Positions 10,928-20,276 of a stretch of 64,000 bases of DNA are shown one piece after another. The first letter of the stretch is position 1. The number at the start of each line of letters is the position of its first letter. The DNA is from an uncultured Acidobacteriota bacterium (lineage in GTDB: Bacteria; Acidobacteriota; Vicinamibacteria; Fen-336), in contig OY970399.1 in assembly GCA_963720545.1 (NCBI GenBank), positions 3,968,001-4,032,000 on the forward strand, written 5' to 3'. The notes under the pieces were generated by a model that did no database searches, was not told the origin of the DNA, and saw only the letters and a program-made list of their open reading frames with translations. Both the position numbers and the translations under genes were made by a program.

Positions 10928-11432
10928 ATGATGGCGATGGCGATGGCGATAGCGATGGCGACGACGACGAAGAACAAGACGGCGAAGCGGACGCGCGCGG
11001 CACTGGCCGGCACCTGCGCGCTCCTGTTCGCTTCCAGCGCGGCGCTGGCCTCGGCGCAGGACGTGTAGCGCCTCGGCCGCGATCAAGAACGTCGTCAAGA
11101 TCGACCTCGAGCAGGCGACCGACATCCGCGCGGTGCCGACGCTGCCAGAGGTGGGCGTGCCGTCAGACATCACCCCGGTGTCGAAGGAACTGTTCATCAA
11201 CCTGCTGAGCCCGGAGTTCGGCCTCGCTGGCGCCACCTTCCCGGAGAAGATCGAGGGGCTGGCGTTCGGTCCGGACCTGCCGGACGGCCGCCACGTGCTG
11301 GTGGTTTCGGCCGACAACGACTTCGTCGCCGCCAACCCGACGCGCCTCTTCGTGTTTGCGGTCGCGCCCCCGGCGCTGCCCGACTTCGCGAAGCAGCGCA
11401 TCCGCCACACCGCGTCCTGCCCGGCGCGGTGA
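10928..11432 (+). pseudogene. Internally deleted 'esterase-like activity of phytase' family gene
   Basis: GGAGG, then a 46-codon signal-peptide ORF (10928-11068), then an out-of-frame C-terminal part KIDLEQATDI...PEKIEGLAFGPDLPDGRHVLVVSADNDF. Confidence 0.72.
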
Positions 11433-11442
11433 ACGGCCGGCG

Positions 11443-12081
11443 TTACCTGCCGAGCAGCAGGCGGACGCGCGCGGTGACCGCGAATCCGCCTGCGTTTTTC
11501 TCACCGTAGACCGCGGACACCCCGCCGGCGCCCATCGCATCGGGCACGGCGATATAGGCGCCTTCGACACCGAAGCGGAGGATGCCGCTGCCGTACTCGG
11601 CCCCCAGCATGCCAAGGGCGCAGAACTTGTTGAGTTCGTCGCGCTCTTCAACACCCGCGATTTCGCTGCTTTCCCGGTAGAGAGCGATGCCGGCCCCGCC
11701 CGAGACATAGCCGCGCAGGGAGGCGCGCTCGCCGCCGAAGCGGTAGCCCACGAGGCCGTAGACCGGGGTCACGCGCAGCCGCAGCGGCAGGCCGAGGCGG
11801 AAGGGTTCGGAATTGGCGTCGGCGACGAACGCCCGTTCGCCGGTCTTGGCGAAGGTGCGGATGCCGGCGCCGGCGTAGAGGTTGGTGCCGAGGTCGAACG
11901 TCAGCTCGCCGCCGTAAAGGCTGCCCCCGCTCCCATCGAACACGGCCTTGGCCGACTTGGAAGCGGCCAGCCGTTCGTAGCCGCCGAGCGCCGTGATCGA
12001 GAACGTCTGGGCGCTGGCTCCGGACGCCGTGCCAAGCATCAGCAGCGCCGCCGCGGCGAGCGTGGAGCGGCTAACGAACAA
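11443..12081 (-). CDS. Outer-membrane beta-barrel protein (OmpA/OmpW-like fold)
   Basis: Signal peptide ending ASA-Q; alternating amphipathic strands (YGLVGYRF, YVSGGAGIALY, FGVEGAY). Confidence 0.7.
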   Translation of the reverse strand: MFVSRSTLAAAALLMLGTASGASAQTFSITALGGYERLAASKSAKAVFDGSGGSLYGGELTFDLGTNLYAGAGIRTFAKTGERAFVADANSEPFRLGLPLRLRVTPVYGLVGYRFGGERASLRGYVSGGAGIALYRESSEIAGVEERDELNKFCALGMLGAEYGSGILRFGVEGAYIAVPDAMGAGGVSAVYGEKNAGGFAVTARVRLLLGR

Positions 12082-13408
12082 GGCCCAGTCCCTTCAGCGC
12101 TTGCGCGGGGCGCACCAGCCCGAACCCGAAGCGGTCGTCGCGGCCGGCCGGACCCAGGTCTTCGGCGGTCTGTTCGAGCGCCGCGCGGATCGCCGCGGGG
12201 CTCTTGATGCCCTGCTGGTAGAGGAGCGCTGCTGCGGCCGCGACGTGCGGCGTCGCCTGGCTGGTGCCGGCGAAGTAGAAGAGCGCGAAGTCGTCGAAGC
12301 GGCCGGTCGTCGCAGCGGTATCGGGATCGAAGCTCTGCTGCAGGACGCCGTCGGGCTCGCCGTCATTGTTCAGGTCGCAGAAGAAGTCGCCGCACAGGTC
12401 TCCGCCGGGCGCCACCAGGTCCACCGCCGACCCGAAGTTCGAAAAGGACGCGATCTCCTTGTTCACGCCCACAGCGCCCACGGCGATGACGTTCGGCAGG
12501 GTGGCGGGGAAGCTGACCGGGCCCGATTCATTCCCGGCCGCGGCCACGACGGTTACACCTGCAGCGAGGGCGGCGTCGACGGAGCGGCGCACCGCTTCGC
12601 TATCGGTGTCACCGCCGAGGCTCAGGTTGATGACCTTGGCGCCGCTGCGCACCGCGAAGTCGATGCCCTCGGCGATGCCCGCGAAGCTGCCGGTGCCCGA
12701 GGCATCCAGCACCTTAACGGGCATCACCGTGCAACGGAAGGCGAGCCCGGCAACGCCGAGCGAGTTGTTGGTGCCTTCGGCGATGGTCGACGCCACGTGC
12801 GTGCCGTGGCCGTTGTCGTCGTTTGCATGCGCGTCGCGGGTGAAGACGTTGAAGCCGGCGGCGAACTGCGTGCTGCCCCAGTCGGGCGCCTTGCGGTACG
12901 GGCCGAAGTCTTCGTAGGCGACGCCGGTGTCGAGCACCGCCACCACCACGCCAGGATCGCCTTGCTGGATGTCCCAGGCGCGTGGCGCGTTCACCATGCG
13001 CATGTTCCACTGCGCGTCGAAGGCGGAATCGTTGGGCGTGAAGAAGGCGTGCATCACGCCGTTGGCTTCGGCGTAGTCCACCTCGGGCATGGCGCGCAGC
13101 TGCGTCAGCGCGCCGTCCACCGGGATGCCTTCGTCGAGCTTCAGCCAGTAGCGCTGCGCGCCGTCGATGCGGCGGGCGCGCACGGCGCCGACGTCGCGAA
13201 TGGCGTTCTCGGCTTCGCTCACTTGCGCAGAGCGCTTGAACTCGACGATGAGTTCCCCGGGCACGGCGCGCGCCGCGTTGCGTGGCGCACCCGCATTGAG
13301 CCGGGCCTGCGCACGCCGCTTGAGTGCCTCGGCACCGTGGAGGCGCAACGATACGCCGAGCGGCACGACCAGGAGCAGGGCGGAGAAGAACAGGGTGCGC
13401 CGGGACAT
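12071..13408 (-). CDS. S8 (subtilisin) family serine peptidase with propeptide
   Basis: VAVLDTG, HGTHVA, AAAGN, GTSQATPHVA catalytic-triad motifs; N-terminal signal sequence. Confidence 0.95.
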   Translation of the reverse strand: MSRRTLFFSALLLVVPLGVSLRLHGAEALKRRAQARLNAGAPRNAARAVPGELIVEFKRSAQVSEAENAIRDVGAVRARRIDGAQRYWLKLDEGIPVDGALTQLRAMPEVDYAEANGVMHAFFTPNDSAFDAQWNMRMVNAPRAWDIQQGDPGVVVAVLDTGVAYEDFGPYRKAPDWGSTQFAAGFNVFTRDAHANDDNGHGTHVASTIAEGTNNSLGVAGLAFRCTVMPVKVLDASGTGSFAGIAEGIDFAVRSGAKVINLSLGGDTDSEAVRRSVDAALAAGVTVVAAAGNESGPVSFPATLPNVIAVGAVGVNKEIASFSNFGSAVDLVAPGGDLCGDFFCDLNNDGEPDGVLQQSFDPDTAATTGRFDDFALFYFAGTSQATPHVAAAAALLYQQGIKSPAAIRAALEQTAEDLGPAGRDDRFGFGLVRPAQALKGLGLVR

Positions 13409-13435
13409 CTCAGCCAGTGTAGGAGCCGGGCTGGC

Positions 13436-14263
13436 TCAGGTCAACGGCGCCGCGCGCGGCGCTGTGCGGGCGCGCAGCAACAAGACCGTGCCGATGGCAC
13501 CGGCCACCAGGAATGCGAGCCCCAGGAGCGGTTCCGGCTGCGGCACGGCTTGCTCAGGCTTGTCCACGAGCGGCGCGATCGCGAAAGTCAAGGTATTGAC
13601 CGTGGCGTGCGCGAGCACCGGCGGCAGCAGCGAGCCTGTGCGTATGCGGATGGCGCCGAGGGCGATGCCCATGACGAGGGCGAACGGCACGCGGTCGAAG
13701 GCCAGCGCCGGCGTCCGGTCGATATGGATGCAGGCAAAGACCAGCGCCGATGCGAGCACCGCCAGCGGTGCTTTGAGGTGCCGTGCAAACGCCGGCAGGA
13801 TGACGCCGCGGAAGATCAGCTCCTCGCACACGGCGGGAATGACAGCGATGGCGAGAATCGAGAGCATTGCGTCCCAGGGTCCCGCTGGTTTCAGCGCCGC
13901 GTGCAGCTGGCGGAAGGCCTCGACGAATTCCGGCGACGGCGGGAAGGCGACCGACTGCAGCTCGAGCAGGCCCGCGCTCGTGAGCCACAGCGTGCAGCCG
14001 AGGAAGACCGACAGCAGCAGCACGCCCCGCGAAGCTCCGCCCAGCCGCAGGGAATCGAGGCCGGGGCCGAAAGCGACGAACAGCAGCGACGGCAGCACCA
14101 GCAGCAGTTCGGCGACGGCGAGGAGTGACCGAAATCCCATCGGGATGCCCTGGTCCTGAAGCACGGCGGCGGCGGCTGCGGCACCCGCCATGGCGAAGAA
14201 CCCGAGGAGGAGCGCCGGCAGGGCGAGCCAGAGGGGAAGCGCGTCGGACCTCGTCTGGCTCAT
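13436..14263 (-). CDS. CPBP (CAAX/Rce1-like) intramembrane metalloprotease
   Basis: EELIFRG, FACIH, HATVN motifs; multiple TM helices. Confidence 0.9.
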   Translation of the reverse strand: MSQTRSDALPLWLALPALLLGFFAMAGAAAAAAVLQDQGIPMGFRSLLAVAELLLVLPSLLFVAFGPGLDSLRLGGASRGVLLLSVFLGCTLWLTSAGLLELQSVAFPPSPEFVEAFRQLHAALKPAGPWDAMLSILAIAVIPAVCEELIFRGVILPAFARHLKAPLAVLASALVFACIHIDRTPALAFDRVPFALVMGIALGAIRIRTGSLLPPVLAHATVNTLTFAIAPLVDKPEQAVPQPEPLLGLAFLVAGAIGTVLLLRARTAPRAAPLT

Positions 14264-14319
14264 CAGGGTGCGATTATCCCACGTCGCACCGAACCAACTC
14301 TCCCGGGAAGGATTCGAAG

Positions 14320-14991
14320 ATGTCGAGCATCCCGGCTCTCGAGAGGGAGAGGCCGCGCCAGCGTCTCCGCCGCCTGGGGACGAACGCGCTGTCCACCGCC
14401 GACCTGGTCGCTCTCATCCTTGGCAGCCCGCGCGCCGAGGCCGCCGAACACGTGGGCCGCGCACTCTCCGGTCGCGGACTGCACGCACTGGCCGACCTCG
14501 AGCTCGACGACCTGCGACGCGAGCACGGCATCGGCCCGGTCAAGGCGAGCCGCCTGATCGCGGCGATGGAGCTGGGAGTGCGCCTCGCCACCGCCAGCGA
14601 CGACCCGTCGCCAACACTGCGCACGCCCGAAGAAGCGGCCGCCTACCTGCTGCCGCGTTATTCACGGCGGCCGGTGGAAACTTTCGGCATGCTGGCGCTC
14701 GACGTGCGCCAGCGACTGCGGCGCGAGCGCGTCGTTTCGGTGGGCACGCTCACCAGCAGCCTGGTGCACCCGCGCGAAGTCTTCCGCGAGGCGGTGGCGG
14801 CGCGCGCCGCCGCCATCATCGTGTTCCACAACCATCCCTCCGGCGACCCCGAACCGTCCGCCGAAGACCGAGCGCTCACGCTGCGCCTGCGCAAGGCCGG
14901 CGAAGTGATGGGCATCGAGGTCGCCGATCACCTCATCCTCGGCGCCGGACGCTACGTCAGCCTGCGCGCCCGCGGCGGCTTCTTCACATGA
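14320..14991 (+). CDS. radC: RadC family protein (JAB domain), full length
   Basis: ERPRQRL, GIGPVKA, VHPREVF, HNHPSGDPEPSAED, DHLI. Confidence 0.93.
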   Translation: MSSIPALERERPRQRLRRLGTNALSTADLVALILGSPRAEAAEHVGRALSGRGLHALADLELDDLRREHGIGPVKASRLIAAMELGVRLATASDDPSPTLRTPEEAAAYLLPRYSRRPVETFGMLALDVRQRLRRERVVSVGTLTSSLVHPREVFREAVAARAAAIIVFHNHPSGDPEPSAEDRALTLRLRKAGEVMGIEVADHLILGAGRYVSLRARGGFFT

Positions 14992-15010
14992 GTGCTGCTA
15001 ACCTTTCCCG

Positions 15011-16918
15011 GTGACGAGGCCGCTCTCTCCCGCGTACATCACCACCCCCATCTACTACGTGAACGACGTGCCGCACGTCGGCCACGCGTACACCACGATC
15101 GCCGCCGACGTGGTCACGCGCGCGCGCAAGCTGCGCGGCATCGACGCCTTCATGCTGACGGGCACCGATGAGCACGGCCAGAACATCGAGCGGGTGGCGC
15201 GCGAGCGCGGCGTGAGCGAGCAGCAGCATAGCGACGAGATCGCGGCGAAGTTCAAGGCGCTCTGGGCACGGTACGACATCGCCTACGACGGCTTCATTCG
15301 CACCACCGACGACCTTCACCGCCGCGGCGTGCTGAAGCTGTGGGACCGGCTGGTGGCCGCGAAGACTCCGGACGGACGGCCGGCGATCTACACCGCGATG
15401 TACTCCGGCTGGTACTGCTCGCGCTGCGAAGCCTTCTACGACGAGGAGGAGCTGAAGCAGCCGGGCAACGTCTGCCCCGACCATGAACTGCCGGTGGAGT
15501 GGACCGAGGAGGAGAACTACTTCTTCCGCCTCTCGGCCTACTCCGCCTGGCTGCGCGACGAAATCGTCTCCGGCCGCATCGCCATCGAGCCGCAGGTGCG
15601 CAGGAACGAAGTGGTGTCGCTCATCGACCAGGGGCTGCGCGACTTCAGCGCCAGCCGCGCGCGCGTGAAGTGGGGCATCCCGGTGCCGGGCCAGCCCGAC
15701 CACGTCCTTTATGTATGGATCGACGCGCTCTCGAACTACATCACCGCGCTGGGATTTGCCGACGACGCGCCGCTCTACGAGCGCTACTGGAATGGCGACG
15801 GCGAGCGCATGCACCTCGTCGGCAAGGACATCATTCGTTTCCATTGCCTCTATTGGCCGGCGGTGCTGCACGCCGCGGGCGTGAAACCGCCGAATCGCAT
15901 CTTCGTGCAGGGACACATCACGAAAAACGGCAAGCGCCTGTCGAAGACCACCGGCAACGTCATCGACCCCGATGCGCTCGTCACCCAGTACGGCCCCGAT
16001 GCGGTGCGCTATTTCCTGATGCGCGAGGGCACCTACGGGCACGACTGGGACTTCACCGACCAGGCGTTCATCACCCGTTTCAACGCCGACCTCGCGAACG
16101 ACATCGGCAACCTGGTGTCGCGTGTCGTCACCATGGCGCACCGCTTCGGCGGCGGCGCCGTGCCCGTGCAGGGGGCAGCCAAGGCTTCGCTCGACGCCGA
16201 GGCCATCCTCGACCGCTACGAAGCGCTCGATTTCTCCGGCGCGCTCACCGACGTCTGGGCCGCGGTCGCGAAGCTCAACCTGCGCATCGTCGCCAGCGAA
16301 CCCTGGTTGATGGCGAAGGACGCCGCACGCCGCGGCGACCTCGACGCGCTCCTTTATGAACTGCTCGAGGGCGTGCGCCAGGTCGCGTTGCTGGTGTCGC
16401 CCGTGATGCCGCGCGCGTCCGAACGTATCCTGGCGACGCTCGGCGCCGCGACGCCGCGTACGCTCCCGTGGGGCGGGCTCGTTGCGGGCGCCGCACTGGG
16501 CGAAGTCCAGCCACTCTTTCCGAGGTTAGAGAAAATGACCGAAGCCGCGCCGCCCGCCGCTGCCGCAGTTCCTGCCGCCCCGGCAGCAACCGATGGGCGC
16601 ATCGACATCACCGACTTCACCAAGGTGGACCTGCGCGTGGCTAAGGTCCTCGCCGCCGAGAAGATCGCGGGCTCGAAGAAGCTGGTGCGGCTGCAGGTCG
16701 ACCTTGGCAGCGAACAGCGGCAGATCGTGGCCGGCATTGCGGAGGCCTATGAGGCCGAGGCGCTCGTCGGCCGCACCATCATGGTGGTGGCGAACCTCAA
16801 GCCGGCCAAGCTCATGGGTGTCGAATCGAACGGCATGGTGCTGGCCGCGTCGGTGGACGGCAAGGCGGTCCTCTGCGGGTTCGACAAGGACGTGGCTCCC
16901 GGCACCAAGGTGAAGTGA
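15011..16918 (+). CDS. metG: Methionine--tRNA ligase with C-terminal tRNA-binding OB domain
   Basis: YITTPIYYVN, HVGH, TGTDEHG, YVWIDAL, GKDIIRFH, RLSKT, NLKPAKLMGVESNGM. Confidence 0.97.
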   Translation: MTRPLSPAYITTPIYYVNDVPHVGHAYTTIAADVVTRARKLRGIDAFMLTGTDEHGQNIERVARERGVSEQQHSDEIAAKFKALWARYDIAYDGFIRTTDDLHRRGVLKLWDRLVAAKTPDGRPAIYTAMYSGWYCSRCEAFYDEEELKQPGNVCPDHELPVEWTEEENYFFRLSAYSAWLRDEIVSGRIAIEPQVRRNEVVSLIDQGLRDFSASRARVKWGIPVPGQPDHVLYVWIDALSNYITALGFADDAPLYERYWNGDGERMHLVGKDIIRFHCLYWPAVLHAAGVKPPNRIFVQGHITKNGKRLSKTTGNVIDPDALVTQYGPDAVRYFLMREGTYGHDWDFTDQAFITRFNADLANDIGNLVSRVVTMAHRFGGGAVPVQGAAKASLDAEAILDRYEALDFSGALTDVWAAVAKLNLRIVASEPWLMAKDAARRGDLDALLYELLEGVRQVALLVSPVMPRASERILATLGAATPRTLPWGGLVAGAALGEVQPLFPRLEKMTEAAPPAAAAVPAAPAATDGRIDITDFTKVDLRVAKVLAAEKIAGSKKLVRLQVDLGSEQRQIVAGIAEAYEAEALVGRTIMVVANLKPAKLMGVESNGMVLAASVDGKAVLCGFDKDVAPGTKVK

Positions 16919-18303
16919 CGAAGGGGTACCGCTTCGGCTCCTTCGAGCTGTCGCTCCGGAGCCGCACGCTCACGCTCGCGGGCTTGCCGGTGCCGCTCAT
17001 CCCGCGCTACTTCGACCTGCTCGCGCTGCTCATCGCACGCCGCCACGAGGCGGTCCACCGCCGCGACATCCACCGCATCGTGTGGAGCGACGTGGTGGTG
17101 TCCGACGGCGCCCTCAGCCAGGGCATTCGCATCCTGCGCCGCGCGCTCGGCGACGTCTCGCGCGAGCCCGCCTACATTCGCACGGTGTCGCGCCACGGTT
17201 ACCAGTTCGTCTTTGCCGACGTTCGCGTCCTGGGTGACGATGATGCCGACGCCGGCCCCGCAGCGGTCACCGCCGCTCCGCGGCCGGCGCCGGAACCCGC
17301 AGACCGCACCGCGCGCATCGAGGCGGCGCTCGCGACCCTCACGGGCGCCTCGCCGGCTCCGGCCGACGGCCAATCGGACGCGGAACGCCGGCGCGACGCC
17401 GCCGAGACGCTGCACGCGCTCGGCACGTTGGAGGCGCTCGCGCGGCTGGGAACGCGCGCCGGCCACCAGCGCGCTCGTGCGCTCTTGCGCGACGTCCGGT
17501 GGGAAATGGCCGGCGCCGGCGACGTGCCGCTCTTGGGCACGCCCGGCATGTTGGGAACGGTGGCCCACCTGCTGCGTTTGCGCGTGGCGCGAGCGAGCGA
17601 AGCGGCGGCCCGGCGGTGGGCGAGCGCGGCACTCGGCGGGGCGCTCGCCGGCTTGCTCTCCGGCGCGATCGGCGGCACCTTGCTGTGGCTGGGACCGCAA
17701 TCGACCGCCGGTCCCAGCGTGCCTTTGGTGCTCGCCTGCATCGGCGCCTTCATCGGCGGCCTGGGCGCCGCCGGAATTGGCGCCGGGATCGAAGCCGCCG
17801 AAGTAGCCGTCCGCTCCAATCGCCGCCTCGCGGTGGTGATCCTCGGCGGCCTCGGCGGGGGCATCGTCGGCGCCGCCGGGCACCTGGTGGCGCTCGTCGC
17901 CCTGCAGGGAGTCTTCGGCCGCGACCTTTCGCCGGTCGGCGGCGGCATCGAGGGCCTTGGCATCGGGCTCGGCGCGGCCTTCGGCTATGCCCTCAGCACC
18001 CCGCGAGCGGGCGGCGGTCTGGCCGCGCCAAGCGGCGGCGCCCGCCTGCGCACCATGCTCGTCACCGGCATCTTCTGCGCCCTCGCCGCCTTCCTGCTGG
18101 CGGCTCGCGGCCGGTACCTGGGCGCCATGAGCCTCGACCTGCTGGCGCACGCCTTTGCCGGCTCGCAGGTAGGGCTCGAACCACTGGCGCGGCTGCTCGG
18201 CGAGGCCGAACCCGGAACCAGGACCCGCCTGCTGGTGAGCACCGGCGAGGGGTTGATGCTCGGCGCCGGCCTCGCTTTCGGCGTCACCCGCCGTCCGCGC
18301 TGA
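16915..18303 (+). CDS. Membrane-anchored winged-helix transcriptional regulator (OmpR/CadC-type DNA-binding domain plus multi-TM region)
   Basis: YRFGSFEL, VWSDVVVSDGALSQGIRILRRALGD, YIRTVSRHGYQF; Gly/Ala-rich hydrophobic C-terminal half; no receiver domain. Confidence 0.85.
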   Translation: MTKGYRFGSFELSLRSRTLTLAGLPVPLIPRYFDLLALLIARRHEAVHRRDIHRIVWSDVVVSDGALSQGIRILRRALGDVSREPAYIRTVSRHGYQFVFADVRVLGDDDADAGPAAVTAAPRPAPEPADRTARIEAALATLTGASPAPADGQSDAERRRDAAETLHALGTLEALARLGTRAGHQRARALLRDVRWEMAGAGDVPLLGTPGMLGTVAHLLRLRVARASEAAARRWASAALGGALAGLLSGAIGGTLLWLGPQSTAGPSVPLVLACIGAFIGGLGAAGIGAGIEAAEVAVRSNRRLAVVILGGLGGGIVGAAGHLVALVALQGVFGRDLSPVGGGIEGLGIGLGAAFGYALSTPRAGGGLAAPSGGARLRTMLVTGIFCALAAFLLAARGRYLGAMSLDLLAHAFAGSQVGLEPLARLLGEAEPGTRTRLLVSTGEGLMLGAGLAFGVTRRPR

Positions 18304-18305
18304 CT

Positions 18306-18360
18306 GCTCACCGCCTGCTCACCGTTCGCTCATGACTTTTCGGGCGCTTTGGCCCACCTT
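18306..18360 (+). promoter_or_regulatory. Triple direct repeat CTCAC-N6-CTCAC-N6-CTCAT abutting a weak sigma-70-like promoter
   Basis: GCTCA at 18306, 18317 and 18328 (11-bp period); ATGACT (18332)-N17-CACCTT (18355). Confidence 0.65.
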
Positions 18361-18380
18361 CCGCAGCCAACGGAGGATTC

Positions 18381-18866
18381 ATGAGCCAGGTCATCAGCGC
18401 GTTCCGGCGGACGGCGTTCGCCGTGCGGAACAGCTTCATAGACGTCGCCAGCACCCGTCCCGACGAGGTCATCGAGATCACCGACCGCCTGCGCCGCGAG
18501 GTGGACGTCCTGCGGCTCGTGGACGGCGTCCTCAACGTCCAGACGCTGCACACCACCACGGGCGTCATCGTCAATGAGGATGAGCCGCTGCTGCACGGCG
18601 ACCTCTCGGCCCTGTTCGAGCGGCTGGCGCCGCGCGCCGGCTCTTACCACCACGATGACCTTGCCCGGCGCACCGTCAACCTGACCGACCGCGAGCGCCG
18701 CAACGGCCACGCCCATTGCCGGGCGGCGCTGCTGCCAAGCGCCGTGGCGATCAACGTCGTCGAAGGCGCCCTGGTCCTGGGCCGCTGGCAGCGCATCCTG
18801 TTCATGGAGCATGACGGTCCGCAGCAGCGGCGGCTCTCGGTCGTCGCGATGGGAGAGGTGCGATGA
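18381..18866 (+). CDS. yjbQ: YjbQ/UPF0047 family protein
   Basis: HTTTGVIVNE, YHHDD, NGHAH, LGRWQRILFMEHDGP; GGAGG Shine-Dalgarno. Confidence 0.9.
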   Translation: MSQVISAFRRTAFAVRNSFIDVASTRPDEVIEITDRLRREVDVLRLVDGVLNVQTLHTTTGVIVNEDEPLLHGDLSALFERLAPRAGSYHHDDLARRTVNLTDRERRNGHAHCRAALLPSAVAINVVEGALVLGRWQRILFMEHDGPQQRRLSVVAMGEVR

Positions 18867-20224
18867 GCGCCACCGATGCCACGCCATCCGTCCTCAACAG
18901 CTGGTGGTGGCTGAAGGGCTTCCTCATCGGCGCGCTGATGCTGGTGCTCGCCATCCCGCTCGCGATACTGCGCAGCCTGGTGGGCGAACGGCAGGCGCGC
19001 GCCGCGGAAGCGGTGGTCGAGATCGCGCGCTCCTCGAGCCGCGCGCAGAAGCTGACCGGGCCGTTCCTGGTGGTGCAGGAGGAGCTCACCTATCGCAACC
19101 TCGAAGCGACGAGCGAGGGGGGGCGAGACCGCACCGTGACCAAGGACCATGTGCAGGCGCGGCGCACCCTGGTGGCGCCGGCGATGCTGAAGATGGAGGG
19201 CTCGCTCAAGAGCGAGGTCCGGAGGCGCGGTTTGTTCTCGGCTGCGCTCTATCACGCAACCCTCACCGCGCAGGCCCGCCTTGCCATGCCGGCACCGCCG
19301 GCGCTCGGCAGCGAGCTGGTCGCGTACCGCGTCGCTTCGGTGCGTCTCGAGATGGGCCTCGGCGACACGCGCGGCGTCGAGCGGCTGGATGTGCGGATCG
19401 ACGGCCGCGAGCTTCCAGCCGAACCTGGAAGCGTCCTTCCGTGGCTCGGGGAAGCGGTGCACGTTTCGCTGCCGCCCGAGTTGTGGAAGCCGGCCGCGCT
19501 CGAGTGCGACCTCGCGCTCGAGCTGACCGGCACCGAGAGCCTCGCGGTGGTGCCGCTCGGCGGCGACAACGACGTGGCGCTGCGCAGCGACTGGCCACAC
19601 CCGGCTTTCGGCGGCAACTACCTGCCGGTGACGCACGAAATAGCGAAAGACGGGTTTCGCGCGCACTGGAAGGTGTCACGGCTCGCGAGCCAGGCCGGGC
19701 AGCAGCTGAGCGAGTGCGGTGCCAGCGCCACGTGTGCGTCGCTCGACAACGCGGCGTTCGTCGTGCGCTTCGTCGATCCTGTCGATCGCTACCTCAAGAC
19801 CGACCGTGCGATGAAGTACTCGATGGTGTTCCTGGTGCTGGTGTTCGGGGCGGTCTTTTTCATCGAGGTGCTGCGGCGCGTCACGGTGCACCCGATGCAG
19901 TACGTGCTCACGGGCTTCGCCGTTGCCATTTTCTTCCTGCTGCTGCTGTCGCTCGCCGAGCATGTCGGCTTCGGTGCAGCGTATGTGGTGGCGGCCGCGG
20001 CCTGCGTGGTGCTGATCGCCTCCTACATGAGCGCCGTCCTCGGCACCACCGCCGCCGGCTGGGGTTTCGGCGGGTTTCTCGCAGCACTCTACGGTCTCCT
20101 CTACGGCGTGCTGCAGTCGGAGGACTACGCCTTGCTCATGGGAACGCTCACGCTCTTCGGGTTCCTGGCCTTCATCATGATCGCGACGCGCCGCCTCAAC
20201 TGGAGCCGCATGGGGCGCAGCTAG
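18863..20224 (+). CDS. creD: Cell envelope integrity inner-membrane protein CreD
   Basis: LVGERQ, Q.LTGPFL, WPHPAFGGNYLP, PVDRYLKTDRAMKY, HPMQY, LLLLSLAEH, EDYALLMG, TRRLNW. Confidence 0.93.
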   Translation: MSATDATPSVLNSWWWLKGFLIGALMLVLAIPLAILRSLVGERQARAAEAVVEIARSSSRAQKLTGPFLVVQEELTYRNLEATSEGGRDRTVTKDHVQARRTLVAPAMLKMEGSLKSEVRRRGLFSAALYHATLTAQARLAMPAPPALGSELVAYRVASVRLEMGLGDTRGVERLDVRIDGRELPAEPGSVLPWLGEAVHVSLPPELWKPAALECDLALELTGTESLAVVPLGGDNDVALRSDWPHPAFGGNYLPVTHEIAKDGFRAHWKVSRLASQAGQQLSECGASATCASLDNAAFVVRFVDPVDRYLKTDRAMKYSMVFLVLVFGAVFFIEVLRRVTVHPMQYVLTGFAVAIFFLLLLSLAEHVGFGAAYVVAAAACVVLIASYMSAVLGTTAAGWGFGGFLAALYGLLYGVLQSEDYALLMGTLTLFGFLAFIMIATRRLNWSRMGRS

Positions 20225-20276
20225 GCGGGCGTCGTCCCGCTACCGGCTCGCGAGGCCGTCACGCTAAGTTAACCGC

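Noticed and set aside
13436..14991. CPBP ('Abi') plus radC as a defence island or mobile element
   Set aside because: The CPBP is an ordinary membrane protease; radC is the full-length chromosomal type; no integrase, att sites or compositional shift
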